DNA from: Bacillota bacterium
Lineage (GTDB): Bacteria; Bacillota; Halanaerobiia; Halanaerobiales; DATFIM01
DNA length: 64,000 nt
Assembly (NCBI GenBank): GCA_051744805.1
Contig: JBNJDK010000002.1
Location: 9,791 to 73,790, forward strand
Direction: 5' to 3'
The notes below the pieces were generated by a model, which did not search any database, was not told the DNA's origin, and saw nothing but the letters and a program-made list of their open reading frames with translations. Both the position numbers and the translations under genes were made by a program. This document shows, in pieces, positions 28,530 to 38,205 of this stretch (position 1 is the first letter of the stretch; each line of letters opens with the position of its first letter).

Positions 28530-30776
28530 TTATAGAGAATAATATAATCCATTTTCTTTAACATAATTAACTAAATCTTCATATAAACGGTGACTACTAA
28601 TAGTATCTTTATCTCCTATAATTATTAATTTTCTTTTAGCTCTTGTTAAAGAAACATTCATTCTTCTCAAATCTCGCAGAAATCCAATATTGTCTCTTTT
28701 GTTACTACGTACCAGTGATAAAACAATTAATTCTTTTTCTCTACCCTGAAAACCATCAACAGTATTTATTTCAATTTTTTCAGATTTGCACCTATGGTTT
28801 AGCAAATCAACCTGGTCTTTATAAGGAGTTATCACAGCTATATCCTCTCCATCAACTCCCAATTTTTGTGCTTCATCTACCAGATCTAAAACAATTTCAG
28901 CTTCTACAGGATTATCATAAGAATTAGACGATGATAATGATCTTTCTTCAGCTTCCATATTAGAAGTATCAATAAAAACTATAGGTTTATCAGGAATTAA
29001 AGCTTTATCAGTAAAACACCTGTTTTTTTCACTTTCCACTCCTAAATCCCGGAGGGTATGATCTGCTACACTCTCATCACTAACTAAACGTCCACTATAG
29101 AATTTATGATTAGAAAAATTCATTATTTTATCATGCATTCTATATTGAATTTGAAGCAGTGACCAAAGTTCATCCCCATGTATTTCATATAGTCTTTCAA
29201 AAAGTGATTTTTTCAATCCAGCATCAGCAGCTTTTTGATTTAAAACTGTTGGTGGCAATTGTTTATGGTCTCCAATCAATATTGCTTTATTAGATCTAAC
29301 AATTGGTATTAAAGCTCCAGGTTCAGTAGACTGAGTTGCCTCATCAATAACTACTAAATCAAATTCCTTCTCAGCCATTAACTCAGAACCAGAAGTCGAA
29401 TTAGTAGCACAAACTACATCTGCTTGATTGATCAATTCATTAATAGCTTTATTTTCCAGTTCATCTACTTTTGTAAAATAATCATCAATTTTATCCTGTA
29501 GTTCTAACCATTTAGCCATCTTTTCCATCTGCTGAGGATTTATTCCTCGACTCCCTCTGTTTTTGCGAGCATTTTCTTTTATCTGTTCATCACTCATACC
29601 CCGACGCATACTTCCGCCAGGATGAATATATTTATCCTGTTCTTCTTTTAATTCAAAAGCTTCTTCTCTAATTTGCTGAGCCTTAACATAATCTTCATGT
29701 TCTAAAACCTGATAATCCAGAGTATGCTCTCTTAAAAGAGGGGTTACTCTAATTGGATGTCCAACTCTAACAACTTCCAATCCCGAATCAGCAAGTCTTT
29801 CTACAAGATTATCAACTGCAGTATTAGAATCAGCTGTTGCTAAAATATCTTTATCATTTTTAACAGCCTGATTTATGATTTCAATTGCTGTCATTGTTTT
29901 ACCTGTTCCAGGTGGTCCTTGAATTAGATAAAAATCTTTTGCTTTAAGTGATTTTTTAACAGCTGTCTTTTGTGATTGGTTTAAATCTTCATTTACCCAA
30001 TCACATTCTACTTCTTTTTCTATCCAATTTAGTTTTTCTTCACCTAAAAGTTTTCCCCTAAGTTCTTCCAGTCTTCCTTCAGCAGTTTTTAAACTATCCA
30101 GTGAATCCAGCATTCTTTGAAAAGTAATATCATTTACATATAAATCCATTCTCAATCCTTTATCAAAAACAAAAGAAGGGGGCTTTTCATCAAAAACTAC
30201 AGTTATCGAATAATTAGTTTTTTCAGCTACTGTACCGGTAGGATTATCATCTGCCAAAGGCCATTTTTTACTTATCATAACAAGGTCTCCAATACTTATT
30301 TCAGTGTCAGGTAATTTTTCACCTTTTTTTACACGCATAAATTTAACGATTGGTTTATTACCAAAAGCTTTACCCTGACCTCTACCTCTAAGATTCAAAA
30401 CAGCCCTTCCTTTTTTCTCTCTTTCTCTTGGGCTCAATCGTTTAATCTCTAATTCATGTCTTTCCATTTCTTCAGTTCTTTCTAATTCAACTAAACGTCT
30501 ATATTTTTCTATATATTCACGAAGCCCTTCATCTAAAAGGTCTTCAGGGTTTTTTGGATATACTTTTACAGATACTCCACCAATTTGATTGTTATCCATA
30601 GAATCAACAACCTGTTTAGCCACTTCGTCATCTACTTCTACTTCAGCTTTATAATTTTTTATATCAATTTTACCAATATCACCACTATTAATCCCTGCTT
30701 CATTAATAAAAGCACCAACAATATCTCCAGGTCCAATACTATCATCTATATCTGAAATAACGATTTCAATCATCAT
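28530..30776 (-). CDS. Superfamily-1B (Upf1/IGHMBP2/DNA2-like) helicase with an N-terminal DbpA-type RNA-binding domain
   Basis: Helicase motifs GPPGTGKT, VIDEATQ, LIGDHKQLPPTV, QYRMH, VDGFQGREKE, NVSLTRAKRKL. N-terminus GPGDIVGAFINEAGINSGDIGKIDI...AEVEV resembles the DbpA C-terminal RBD. Start ATG 30776 (GGAGG, 6 nt). Confidence 0.85.
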   Translation of the reverse strand: MMIEIVISDIDDSIGPGDIVGAFINEAGINSGDIGKIDIKNYKAEVEVDDEVAKQVVDSMDNNQIGGVSVKVYPKNPEDLLDEGLREYIEKYRRLVELERTEEMERHELEIKRLSPREREKKGRAVLNLRGRGQGKAFGNKPIVKFMRVKKGEKLPDTEISIGDLVMISKKWPLADDNPTGTVAEKTNYSITVVFDEKPPSFVFDKGLRMDLYVNDITFQRMLDSLDSLKTAEGRLEELRGKLLGEEKLNWIEKEVECDWVNEDLNQSQKTAVKKSLKAKDFYLIQGPPGTGKTMTAIEIINQAVKNDKDILATADSNTAVDNLVERLADSGLEVVRVGHPIRVTPLLREHTLDYQVLEHEDYVKAQQIREEAFELKEEQDKYIHPGGSMRRGMSDEQIKENARKNRGSRGINPQQMEKMAKWLELQDKIDDYFTKVDELENKAINELINQADVVCATNSTSGSELMAEKEFDLVVIDEATQSTEPGALIPIVRSNKAILIGDHKQLPPTVLNQKAADAGLKKSLFERLYEIHGDELWSLLQIQYRMHDKIMNFSNHKFYSGRLVSDESVADHTLRDLGVESEKNRCFTDKALIPDKPIVFIDTSNMEAEERSLSSSNSYDNPVEAEIVLDLVDEAQKLGVDGEDIAVITPYKDQVDLLNHRCKSEKIEINTVDGFQGREKELIVLSLVRSNKRDNIGFLRDLRRMNVSLTRAKRKLIIIGDKDTISSHRLYEDLVNYVKENGLYYSL

Positions 30777-30813
30777 TATCAACCTCCTTTAATACATATT
30801 ACAATTATAAGTA

Positions 30814-31359
30814 TTAAATTTTAGGATTATTTTCAAAATCTTTATAAACTCTACTACCTACTGCATTTTTTTGATTCATATATTTACCGTTATAAGGAGA
30901 ATCAGCTGTTTTATCCATTTTAGCAAAAACAAGCTGACATATTCTTCTCCCTGCAATTAATTTTATTGGTAAACGATTAGCATTATACAATTCAAGAGTA
31001 ATTTGGCCTGCAAAACCAGGATCCACCCAACCAGCATTTTGAATAAAAAGCCCCATTCTTCCAATTGAACTTCTTCCTTCTACAAAAGCGGTAAGATTCT
31101 CAGGTAATTCTATATGTTCTCTTGTTGTAGCAAGGAGAAAAGAATGAGGTGGTATAACTATTTCCTCCTTTTCCATACTTTGATATTCTAATTTATCATT
31201 TAAAGTCATAATTTCTGTTAAATTTTCATTGATTTTCAAAAAACTACTACCTAACCTTAGATCTACTGAAGCTGGTTGTAATTGTTCTTCAGTAAATGGT
31301 TCTATAATCAATTCTTTTTTTTGACGTAATTCATTTATAGATTTATCAGATAATATCAT
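30814..31359 (-). CDS. dcd: dCTP deaminase (housekeeping Dcd)
   Basis: [31 protein letters not shown]; 181 aa. Confidence 0.92.
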   Translation of the reverse strand: MILSDKSINELRQKKELIIEPFTEEQLQPASVDLRLGSSFLKINENLTEIMTLNDKLEYQSMEKEEIVIPPHSFLLATTREHIELPENLTAFVEGRSSIGRMGLFIQNAGWVDPGFAGQITLELYNANRLPIKLIAGRRICQLVFAKMDKTADSPYNGKYMNQKNAVGSRVYKDFENNPKI

Positions 31360-31377
31360 CTCTCTACTCCTTTTTTA

Positions 31378-32928
31378 TTATATTTTTAATTTACTATTTT
31401 CTAATTTCCCAAAAACTTTTGGCAAATAATTTATAATATCACTGGCTATTAAAGAATACTCTGTTAAATCTTTTTTAGCTTCACTCCCAGCTTTACCATG
31501 TAAATAAGGTGCTAAAATTGCTGCCTTATCTGATTTTAAACCTTGAGCTAATAAACCTGCTATAATACCAGTTAAAACATCACCACTACCAGCAGTAGCC
31601 ATACCATTATTACCAGTTATATTAAAATAAATATCACCATTGGGGAGGGCAATAATAGTAGTTGCTCCTTTCAAAATTAAATTAACCCCATAATCACTTG
31701 CAAATTTACGACATATTTCAATCTTATTTTCTTTTATTTCTTCAATACTTTTATCTACAAGACGAGACATTTCTCCTGGATGAGGTGTCAAAATAAGATT
31801 TTTATCACATTTATTTAAAATATTTAAATTTTTTATTGCATTTAACCCATCAGCATCCAGAACAACCGGTTTTTCAATAGATTCAAGTACTTTCTCTATC
31901 AGACTATCTATTTCTTTACTTTGTCCCAAACCAGGTCCTAAAGCTAAAACATCCATATCTTTCATTAATTTTTGAATTTTACCATAAGCTTTTTCAGTAA
32001 TTTTATTACTGTCTGAAGTTAAAAACTCATATAAAATTTCATTTTTATAATTCAAACTCTGTTTTGCAAAAAAATCAGGTAAAGCAATTTTTACTAATCC
32101 AGCACCTGATTTTAATCCTGACTCTCCTACAAGTGCTGGAGCACCTGGCATATTTCTAGAACCACCCACAACTAGAATTTTTCCAAAAGTTCCTTTATGT
32201 CCTGTAGATTTTCTACTACCCAAAAGATTGGCAGCTTCATTATTATTAATTAAAAAATGATTATAATTAATTTTTTCTAAACTGGAATTAACCATTCCCA
32301 GGTCTATAACTTCTATTTTACCACAATATTGATAACCTGGATTCAAAAGTAAACCAGTTTTATAATAAGCCATAGTCACAGTCAAATCAGCTTTGACAGC
32401 TTCACCTTCTACTTCTCCTGAAAAAGCATTAACTCCAGAAGGTACATCTATTGCAGTAATAAAACTGTTTTTACTCTTATTAATAAGCTCAATTAATTCA
32501 CCATAAATTCCCCTGGGTTCACCTTGGATACCGGTTCCTAACAGAGCATCTATTATAATGTTAGAATCCCTAACTAATTCTTTTACATCTTCATCTAACT
32601 TTTTGACTTTTTTTATTGGAATTTTACGTAACTTCGCTATTTTATAATTAGTATAATTAACATCTTTTAATTCTTCTTTATTTCCAGTAAATATAATTTG
32701 AACATTATAACCCCACATATCTAAAAAACGAGCTGCAGTAAACCCATCACCACCATTATTCCCTTTTCCACAAAAAATACTTATTTTTTTTTCTATATTT
32801 TCAACTTTCCGATCTATCAATTCTGCTGTACCTCTTCCGGCCATTTCCATAAGAATAGATGATGTAAAACCATCTTCTATACTTTTTTTATCCATCTCTC
32901 TCATTTCAGTTGGAGTTAAAGCAATCAT
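31378..32928 (-). CDS. nnr: Bifunctional NAD(P)H-hydrate repair enzyme (epimerase / ADP-dependent dehydratase)
   Basis: N-terminal YjeF_N (GKGNNGGDGF) plus C-terminal carbohydrate-kinase-like domain (GPGLG, GSGDVLTG). Confidence 0.92.
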   Translation of the reverse strand: MIALTPTEMREMDKKSIEDGFTSSILMEMAGRGTAELIDRKVENIEKKISIFCGKGNNGGDGFTAARFLDMWGYNVQIIFTGNKEELKDVNYTNYKIAKLRKIPIKKVKKLDEDVKELVRDSNIIIDALLGTGIQGEPRGIYGELIELINKSKNSFITAIDVPSGVNAFSGEVEGEAVKADLTVTMAYYKTGLLLNPGYQYCGKIEVIDLGMVNSSLEKINYNHFLINNNEAANLLGSRKSTGHKGTFGKILVVGGSRNMPGAPALVGESGLKSGAGLVKIALPDFFAKQSLNYKNEILYEFLTSDSNKITEKAYGKIQKLMKDMDVLALGPGLGQSKEIDSLIEKVLESIEKPVVLDADGLNAIKNLNILNKCDKNLILTPHPGEMSRLVDKSIEEIKENKIEICRKFASDYGVNLILKGATTIIALPNGDIYFNITGNNGMATAGSGDVLTGIIAGLLAQGLKSDKAAILAPYLHGKAGSEAKKDLTEYSLIASDIINYLPKVFGKLENSKLKI

Positions 32929-33308
32929 TATTTACCTCCTTCTGCAACAACTTGAGCAATTGCATATTCTTTTTCATGAGATAAACTTAGATGTACATTT
33001 TTAATATTATTTTTCACAGCTTCTTTTTTTGCTCCACCACTAAAATGTAGATAAGGTTTCCCTTTTTCTTTGTTAATAACCTCAATATCTTTCCAATTTA
33101 TTTTTCCTAAACCAGTACCAAACATTTTTGCAACAGCTTCTTTAGTTGCAAACCTGGCAGCAAAATGAGGAAAGGGGTTAGATTTTTTTTGACAGTATTT
33201 AATTTCATTTTCTGTAAAAATTCTATTTAAAAACTTATCCTCCCAACATTTTATTATACTTTCAACACGTTTAACTTCTACTATATCAATTCCTGTACCA
33301 TATATCAT
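32928..33308 (-). CDS. acpS: Holo-[acyl-carrier-protein] synthase
   Basis: MIYGTGIDIVEV.R, FA.KEA..K, SLSHEKEYA. Start moved to ATG 33308 (AAAGGTG SD); the track extension overlaps the promoter. Confidence 0.9.
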   Translation of the reverse strand: MIYGTGIDIVEVKRVESIIKCWEDKFLNRIFTENEIKYCQKKSNPFPHFAARFATKEAVAKMFGTGLGKINWKDIEVINKEKGKPYLHFSGGAKKEAVKNNIKNVHLSLSHEKEYAIAQVVAEGGK

Positions 33309-33348
33309 TTTATACACCTTTTCTTTTGAAGTCATTATCCTAACTTTT

Positions 33349-33377
33349 ATTATAAAATATAAGAGCAGTAATTGCAA
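33349..33377 (-). promoter_or_regulatory. Sigma-A promoter of acpS-nnr
   Basis: Minus strand: TTGCAA (33377-33372), 17 nt, TATAAT (33354-33349). Confidence 0.6.
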
Positions 33378-33383
33378 AAACAT

Positions 33384-33420
33384 AAAAAAAGCCCTGTCAG
33401 TTAAAAACTAACAGGGCTTA
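33384..33420 (-). terminator. Rho-independent terminator after glmS
   Basis: Minus strand: AAGCCCTGTTAG-ttttta-ACTGACAGGGCTT followed by TTTTTTAT. Confidence 0.85.
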
Positions 33421-33426
33421 ATAATT

Positions 33427-35256
33427 TTATTCAACTGTTACACTTTTGGCTAAATTTCTTGGTTGATCTATATCACAATCTCTATAAACAGCTGCATAAT
33501 ATGCTAGAAGTTGAAGAGGAATAATTGTCAAAATTGAACTGACCATTTCATCCACATCAGGTATTTCAATAATTTGGTCCATAGTTTCTTCATAATCAAC
33601 TTCATTATTAGGAAGAACTAAACCTAAAATATCTCCTCCTCTTGCTCTTACTTCTTCAATATTACTCAAGGTTTTTTCTAATACATTCTGTCGGGTAGCA
33701 ATAGCAATAACTGGAGTTCCTTCTTCAATCAAAGCCAGAGTACCATGTTTAAGCTCCCCGGCAGGGTAAGCTTCAGCATGAATATACGAAATTTCTTTTA
33801 ATTTTAAAGCTCCTTCTAAAGCCAGCGTATAATCAACATTTCGCCCTATAAAAAAAGTGCTGTTTATATTTTTGAATTCTTTTGCTTTATCTTTAACTAA
33901 CTTTTCACTTTTCTTTATAATCTCGCGAGCCAATTCTGGTAATCTCAAAATATCTTTAATCATCATATTTTGTTTTTCTTTAGCAATACTTCCTTTTATT
34001 TCACCTAAATATAAAGTTAAAAGATAAAAAGCTGTAACCATATTAACATATGCTTTAGTTGAAGCAACAGCAATTTCCGGGCCAGCTTTAAGATAAATTA
34101 CTTCATCTGCTTCTCTAGAAATAGTACTTCCTTTAACATTTACAAAAGCTAAAACTTTCGCTCCTTTATTTTTTGCAAGTCTAAGGGCAGCCAGAGTATC
34201 TGCAGTTTCACCTGACTGACTAACTACAACTACTAAAGTATTTTCATCTAAAATTGGTTCTTTGTATCTAAATTCTGATGCAACTTCTACTTCTACTGGA
34301 ATGTTTACCATTTCCTCTATAAGATATTCTCCAACTAATCCAGAATGATAAGCTGTACCACAAGCTACGACATAAAGTTTATCAAAATTAACCATTTCTT
34401 CTTTTGTAAATCCAATTTCTGAAAAATTAATTCCAGCAGGACTAATTCTATTATTTAAAACTCGTCTTATTGAATCTGGCTGTTCATTAATTTCTTTTAA
34501 CATATAATGTTCATATCCATTCTTTTCAGCCATTTCTGCATCCCAATCAACTTTAAAGATATCTTTTTCTATATTATCACCATCTAAATCGAAAAGTGAT
34601 ATATTATCTTTTGTTACTTCAGCCATCTCTCCATCATCTAAAATGTAGAATTGATCGGTATAACTTAAAAACGCAGTCATATCTGAAGCTATAAAATTTT
34701 CGCCATTATTTTTTCCAATAACTAAAGGACTATCTTTTCTAACTCCAATAATTTTATCAGGCTCTTTTGTAGATAAAACTGCTAAAGCATAGGACCCATC
34801 TAAAACTTTAACAGCTTCTCTAACTGCATCTTTTAAATTCGAAGTGTACTTTTCTTCTATAAGATGGGCAATAACTTCAGTGTCAGTTTCTGATTTAAAA
34901 TCATGACCTTTTTCAATAAGTTCACTTTTTAATTCCTGGAAATTTTCAATAATACCATTATGAACAACTGCATACTCATTATTACAATCATAATGAGGAT
35001 GGGAATTTATTTTTGAAGGTCTTCCATGAGTAGCCCACCTGGTATGACCAATTCCTTTTAATCCCTCTTCTTCAGAAAAATTTAATAACTCTTTTAATTC
35101 ATCCAATTTTCCTACTTCTTTTGTGACATTTATTTTATTATTAGCCTGTAATGCTATTCCTGCTGAGTCATAACCTCTATATTCAAGATGTTCTAAGCCC
35201 TCCATCAAAATTGAAGCAGCTTTTTTATCTCCTATATAACCTACTATCCCACACAT
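33427..35256 (-). CDS. glmS: Glutamine--fructose-6-phosphate aminotransferase (isomerising)
   Basis: Canonical MCGIVGYIG N-terminus (catalytic Cys2), SIS domains, C-terminal ..AKSVTVE. Start moved to ATG 35256 (GGAGG SD); the upstream 42 codons of the track ORF are ribozyme sequence. Confidence 0.97.
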   Translation of the reverse strand: MCGIVGYIGDKKAASILMEGLEHLEYRGYDSAGIALQANNKINVTKEVGKLDELKELLNFSEEEGLKGIGHTRWATHGRPSKINSHPHYDCNNEYAVVHNGIIENFQELKSELIEKGHDFKSETDTEVIAHLIEEKYTSNLKDAVREAVKVLDGSYALAVLSTKEPDKIIGVRKDSPLVIGKNNGENFIASDMTAFLSYTDQFYILDDGEMAEVTKDNISLFDLDGDNIEKDIFKVDWDAEMAEKNGYEHYMLKEINEQPDSIRRVLNNRISPAGINFSEIGFTKEEMVNFDKLYVVACGTAYHSGLVGEYLIEEMVNIPVEVEVASEFRYKEPILDENTLVVVVSQSGETADTLAALRLAKNKGAKVLAFVNVKGSTISREADEVIYLKAGPEIAVASTKAYVNMVTAFYLLTLYLGEIKGSIAKEKQNMMIKDILRLPELAREIIKKSEKLVKDKAKEFKNINSTFFIGRNVDYTLALEGALKLKEISYIHAEAYPAGELKHGTLALIEEGTPVIAIATRQNVLEKTLSNIEEVRARGGDILGLVLPNNEVDYEETMDQIIEIPDVDEMVSSILTIIPLQLLAYYAAVYRDCDIDQPRNLAKSVTVE

Positions 35257-35320
35257 ACTATTATTACCTCCAATATATTTTATATCTATTTTTTTAAAAT
35301 AATATTTAACATAAATCTGT

Positions 35321-35470
35321 CTATTGTTTCCTTTGTAACTTTGATCACTCAAAGCTTTTAGAAACAATTTCAGGCCTGACATTTGCCTGAGGGCATCCGC
35401 CGAAATGTTTCGATAACCCTCTCCCTCGTCAACTTGACTTTTTTTGCGTTCAAGTCAAGTCCTGGCGCTT
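35321..35470 (-). ncRNA. glmS: glmS ribozyme (GlcN6P-activated self-cleaving riboswitch)
   Basis: Minus strand: A/GCGCCAGGACUUGACUUG...CAAGUUGACGAGGGAGAGGGUUAUCGAAACAUUUCGGCGGAUGCCCUCAGG...AUUGUUUC...GAAACAAU. The core blocks AGCGCCAG, GACGAGG, GGGUUAUCGAA and UUCGGCGGAUGCC match the known ribozyme. Predicted cleavage between 35469 and 35468. Confidence 0.93.
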
Positions 35471-35597
35471 TGGAAAATACTCTACTTTAAATCAATTTCA
35501 TATCTCACCTCCTATTGAAATTTTATCGTATTACTTTAAAACCAATAAAACCTTTTATTAGTATATCATATCTGAAAGAATTTGTTAAAAATCAAAA

Positions 35598-36947
35598 TTA
35601 ATTAAGCTCCTCTCTAATAACCTTACTCAATCTATTTTCCCATTTATTTAATAAATCTTCATTTTTACCTTCAAGCATTAATCTTATTACTGGTTCAGTA
35701 CCTGAAGCTCTTACAAAAACTCTTCCTTTTTTACCAATTTCTGTTTCTGCTTTTTTAATTTCTTCTTTAATTAACTTGTTTTCTTTCCAATCTTCTTTTT
35801 TATTCACTTTAATACTATTTAACTTTTGTGGCCATAATTTTATTATTTTACTCAATTCACTTAACTTTTCATCTTTTCTTTTAATTATATTCATAAGTTG
35901 TACAGCAGTTAAAATCCCATCACCAGTTTTATTATAATCCAAAAATATTATATGACCTGATTTTTCACCACCTAAATTATATCCTTTTTCTCTCATTCTT
36001 TTTAAAACATATCTATCTCCATTTTTAGCTAATTCAACTCTCGCTCCTCTACTTTCAAGTAATTCTTTTAAACCCAAATTACTATAACGAGTAGTAACAA
36101 GAGTTTTACCTTTAAGCTTTCCTCTTTCTAACATATCTAAAGCACAAATAGCCATTATTGTATCTCCATCTACTATTTTACCATTTTCATCTACAAAAAT
36201 AACTCTGTCTGCATCCCCGTCATGAGCTATACCAAGATCAGCCCCTGTCTTTTTTACTAATTCAGCAACTTCATCTGGATTTGTAGAACCACATTGAACA
36301 TTTATTTTACTCCCATCATTATTATTATTAATTACTTTTAAATTTGTCTTTAATTTTTTTAATATTTTGGGGGCCACCTCATATGCTGCACCATTAGCAC
36401 AATCTAAAACTACCTTTATATTAGAAAAATCACCATCAACAGTACTTAAAACATGCTTAATATAATTTTCAATCTGATTTTCTTTTATTTTAACTCTACC
36501 CACATTTTCATGAGTAGGGTTTTCCAAATTTTCTAAGTCATTTAAAATCAATTTCTCAATCTCATTTTCTGCTTTATCGCTTAACTTATAGCCATTTTTA
36601 TCAAAAAATTTAATTCCATTATCAGCAATTGGGTTATGAGATGCTGAAATCATTACTCCACCAATAACATTCATTTTATCAGTTAAATAAGCTACCCCTG
36701 GAGTGGGAACAATTCCAAATTTATTAACATCAATTCCAACTGAATTAAAACCTGCAATAAGAGCAGCTTCTAACATATCTCCAGATAACCGAGTGTCTTT
36801 ACCAATATTTATTGCTAATCTTTCATTTTCATCTAGACCTTCAGCCAAAAAATGTCCTCCTGCACGCGCAATTTTATATGCTAAATCCGGTGTTAATTCC
36901 TTATTAGCAACTCCTCTAACTCCATCTGTACCAAAAAATTTTCCCAA
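35598..36947 (-). CDS. glmM: Phosphoglucosamine mutase
   Basis: (M)[12 protein letters not shown]-terminus, active-site SASHNP, GDGDADR. Start moved to TTG 36947 (AGAGGTGA, 5 nt), which gives the canonical N-terminus. Confidence 0.95.
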   Translation of the reverse strand: MGKFFGTDGVRGVANKELTPDLAYKIARAGGHFLAEGLDENERLAINIGKDTRLSGDMLEAALIAGFNSVGIDVNKFGIVPTPGVAYLTDKMNVIGGVMISASHNPIADNGIKFFDKNGYKLSDKAENEIEKLILNDLENLENPTHENVGRVKIKENQIENYIKHVLSTVDGDFSNIKVVLDCANGAAYEVAPKILKKLKTNLKVINNNNDGSKINVQCGSTNPDEVAELVKKTGADLGIAHDGDADRVIFVDENGKIVDGDTIMAICALDMLERGKLKGKTLVTTRYSNLGLKELLESRGARVELAKNGDRYVLKRMREKGYNLGGEKSGHIIFLDYNKTGDGILTAVQLMNIIKRKDEKLSELSKIIKLWPQKLNSIKVNKKEDWKENKLIKEEIKKAETEIGKKGRVFVRASGTEPVIRLMLEGKNEDLLNKWENRLSKVIREELN

Positions 36948-37111
36948 TAAGCTCACCTCTTTTTAAAATTATATTATTATATTTAAGTTAAATTTTAGTT
37001 TTCTGTATTTTATTATTCTATAATATTTATTCAAACCCTTTATTTCAATTATTTTTTTTTGATAAAAAGGAAAATCCATATTTTTCATTAATTATTATAT
37101 AGGTGATAAAT

Positions 37112-37870
37112 ATGAAAATAAATGAATTCTTTAAAACAGATAACAAATCAAAAATCCAAAATTTTATAAATTACAAAGATGTTTTTATTATTCTTTCATT
37201 ATGGTATCTTATTTATTATTTAACAAAAATAATAATAAATTTTCAAATAACAAAACACTCTCCAAATTTTGAAGGAATTTTAGATTATGCTCTTTTCACC
37301 TCTGGAAGATTTATTTTTCTTGCTTTAACTCTTTTCTATTTTATTAGTATTTATAATTTGAAAATAAAAGATTTCAAATTAAATTTAAAATTAAATCTGA
37401 AATTTACCTTGCAGATATTTTTTGTAATTATTTTTCTAACTATTATAATCATTTTTTTAATAAATATGCCACTTAGTTTAAATGATTTTCCATCTCAAAA
37501 TTTTGATCCTTTATATAATATACAAAGTCCAGCTAATTTTATAAATAGTTTAATACCATATTTATTATTTTTTATTTCAAATATAATAGTAGTTTTAGGA
37601 GAAATATTTATTTTAGAAAATATATTTAAAATATTTCTATCTAATATTGTAGGTGAAAAAATTGCTATTCTTTTTTCAGCTATTTTTTATCCTTTTTTAC
37701 TTAATATAACTTCAATACTTCTTATTATTCAATATATTCTTTTAGCTTTTATCTATTTTATTTTAATCAAAAAAAATAAAAATATAATTTATGCTGCCTT
37801 TTTAGGTAGTTCTTTTTATACTTTAATCATAATATATATCTATGGCTGGAATATTTTTTATATTAATTAA
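37112..37870 (+). CDS. Hypothetical polytopic membrane protein, extremely AT-rich (possibly a degenerate CPBP/Abi-like fold)
   Basis: About 252 aa dominated by I/F/L/N/K/Y with 6-7 hydrophobic segments. AGGTGA SD 5 nt before ATG 37112. No catalytic motif recognised. Confidence 0.5.
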   Translation: MKINEFFKTDNKSKIQNFINYKDVFIILSLWYLIYYLTKIIINFQITKHSPNFEGILDYALFTSGRFIFLALTLFYFISIYNLKIKDFKLNLKLNLKFTLQIFFVIIFLTIIIIFLINMPLSLNDFPSQNFDPLYNIQSPANFINSLIPYLLFFISNIIVVLGEIFILENIFKIFLSNIVGEKIAILFSAIFYPFLLNITSILLIIQYILLAFIYFILIKKNKNIIYAAFLGSSFYTLIIIYIYGWNIFYIN

Positions 37871-38205
37871 AAATATTTCAAATAATTTTATTAAGTTACA
37901 AATTAAATAATATATAAAAAAATAGCATATTATTAATTAAGATTTGATTATATTTTAATTTTTAAATATATTAACTAATAATTTTTATTTTTACCATAAT
38001 TTTGCTAATTTTAAAATATTTATTTTTTTGCAGGAAAACTTAAATTTAACCAGTATTATAATTATATAATCACCAAATTACAGCACTTTTTTATTCCTAA
38101 ATTAATTCTGATTTGAAAGGAGGTGTCCACCTGAAAAGAGTATTTTAGAATAGAGTAGTTTTTAGGTATTTTAATTTCAAATTAAAAGAGGAGGAATAAT
38201 TCTAA

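Noticed and set aside
27755-31359. Possible anti-phage defence island (MazF toxin + SF1 helicase + dCTP deaminase)
   Set aside because: The dCTP deaminase is the short housekeeping Dcd type (181 aa with canonical motifs and no extra kinase or sensor domain). It is followed by the core genes nnr, acpS and glmS. Each unit has its own promoter and terminator, and I see no mobile-element or defence hallmarks.
33309-33383. 25-codon N-terminal extension of acpS
   Set aside because: It overlaps a TTGCAA-17-TATAAT promoter. The canonical AcpS N-terminus (MIYGTGIDIVE) has its own SD at ATG 33308.
35257-35382. 42-codon N-terminal extension of the glmS ORF
   Set aside because: GlmS must start with Met-Cys (the catalytic Cys after Met removal). 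The extension is glmS ribozyme RNA, and a GGAGG SD precedes ATG 35256.
35487-35501. Tiny ORF (MKLI*) with a strong AGGAGGTGA SD just upstream of the glmS ribozyme cleavage site
   Set aside because: It has only 4 codons and I know of no supporting evidence that it is conserved. It is most likely a chance SD-like sequence in the leader. It would be worth noting only if conserved.
37374-37406. Short tandem AAATTAAAT-like repeat (encoding KLNLKLNLK) inside the AT-rich membrane-protein ORF
   Set aside because: It has only about 3 imperfect units of low-complexity AT sequence. It is too short to call a repeat element or a phase-variation tract.
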